Source: Sphyrna mokarran
Taxonomy: Eukaryota
Assembly (NCBI GenBank): GCA_024679065.1
Contig: JAGIQG010000003.1
Coordinates: 36,642,001 to 36,706,000 of the forward strand
Reading direction: 5' to 3'
DNA length: 64,000 nt
Positions 63,871 through 64,000 of this stretch are shown here, piece by piece. The number at the start of each line of letters is the position of its first letter. Position 1 is the first letter of the stretch. The position numbers and the translations under genes were made by a program. The notes beneath the pieces are model-generated. The model had not been told where the DNA came from, ran no database searches, and worked only from the letters and a program-made list of their open reading frames with translations.

Positions 63871-64000
63871 AATCACATAACAAAACACTGAAGTTAAATG
63901 TTTTATGTTTTTGTATATGAATGCCTTTTTCTCAGGCCATGTCTCTCATTGCTGCTTAATCTCTATTTCTCTCACTAATTAGAATATTTCAGATGGTCTG

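Overview
Repeat-rich, AT-rich vertebrate genomic DNA, most likely a cartilaginous fish (shark), judged from the many HE1/V-SINE-type tRNA-derived SINEs and their CR1 partners. I find no intact protein-coding gene; the window looks intronic or intergenic. Main contents: (i) an intronless, poly(A)-tailed processed pseudogene of a GATD3/ES1 (DJ-1/PfpI superfamily) gene at 41261-41938 with one premature TAG, fused directly to a CR1 LINE 3'UTR; (ii) many CR1, Rex1-like and other LINE fragments; (iii) three degenerate Gypsy LTR retrotransposons; (iv) two tRNA-derived SINE families; (v) Penelope-type terminal fragments with decayed minimal hammerhead ribozyme cores; (vi) Harbinger-like remnants and MITEs; (vii) a recent 34-bp minisatellite; and (viii) several repeat-free, homeodomain/Meis-motif-rich stretches that may be conserved non-coding elements. 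The most notable signals concern modular retroelement architecture: an mRNA-poly(A)-CR1 3'UTR chimera, a CR1 whose 3'UTR contains the V-SINE core, and a SINE apparently built from the two ends of an ORF1-less LINE. Family names come from recognition of motifs without database searches, and boundaries of old repeats are approximate.
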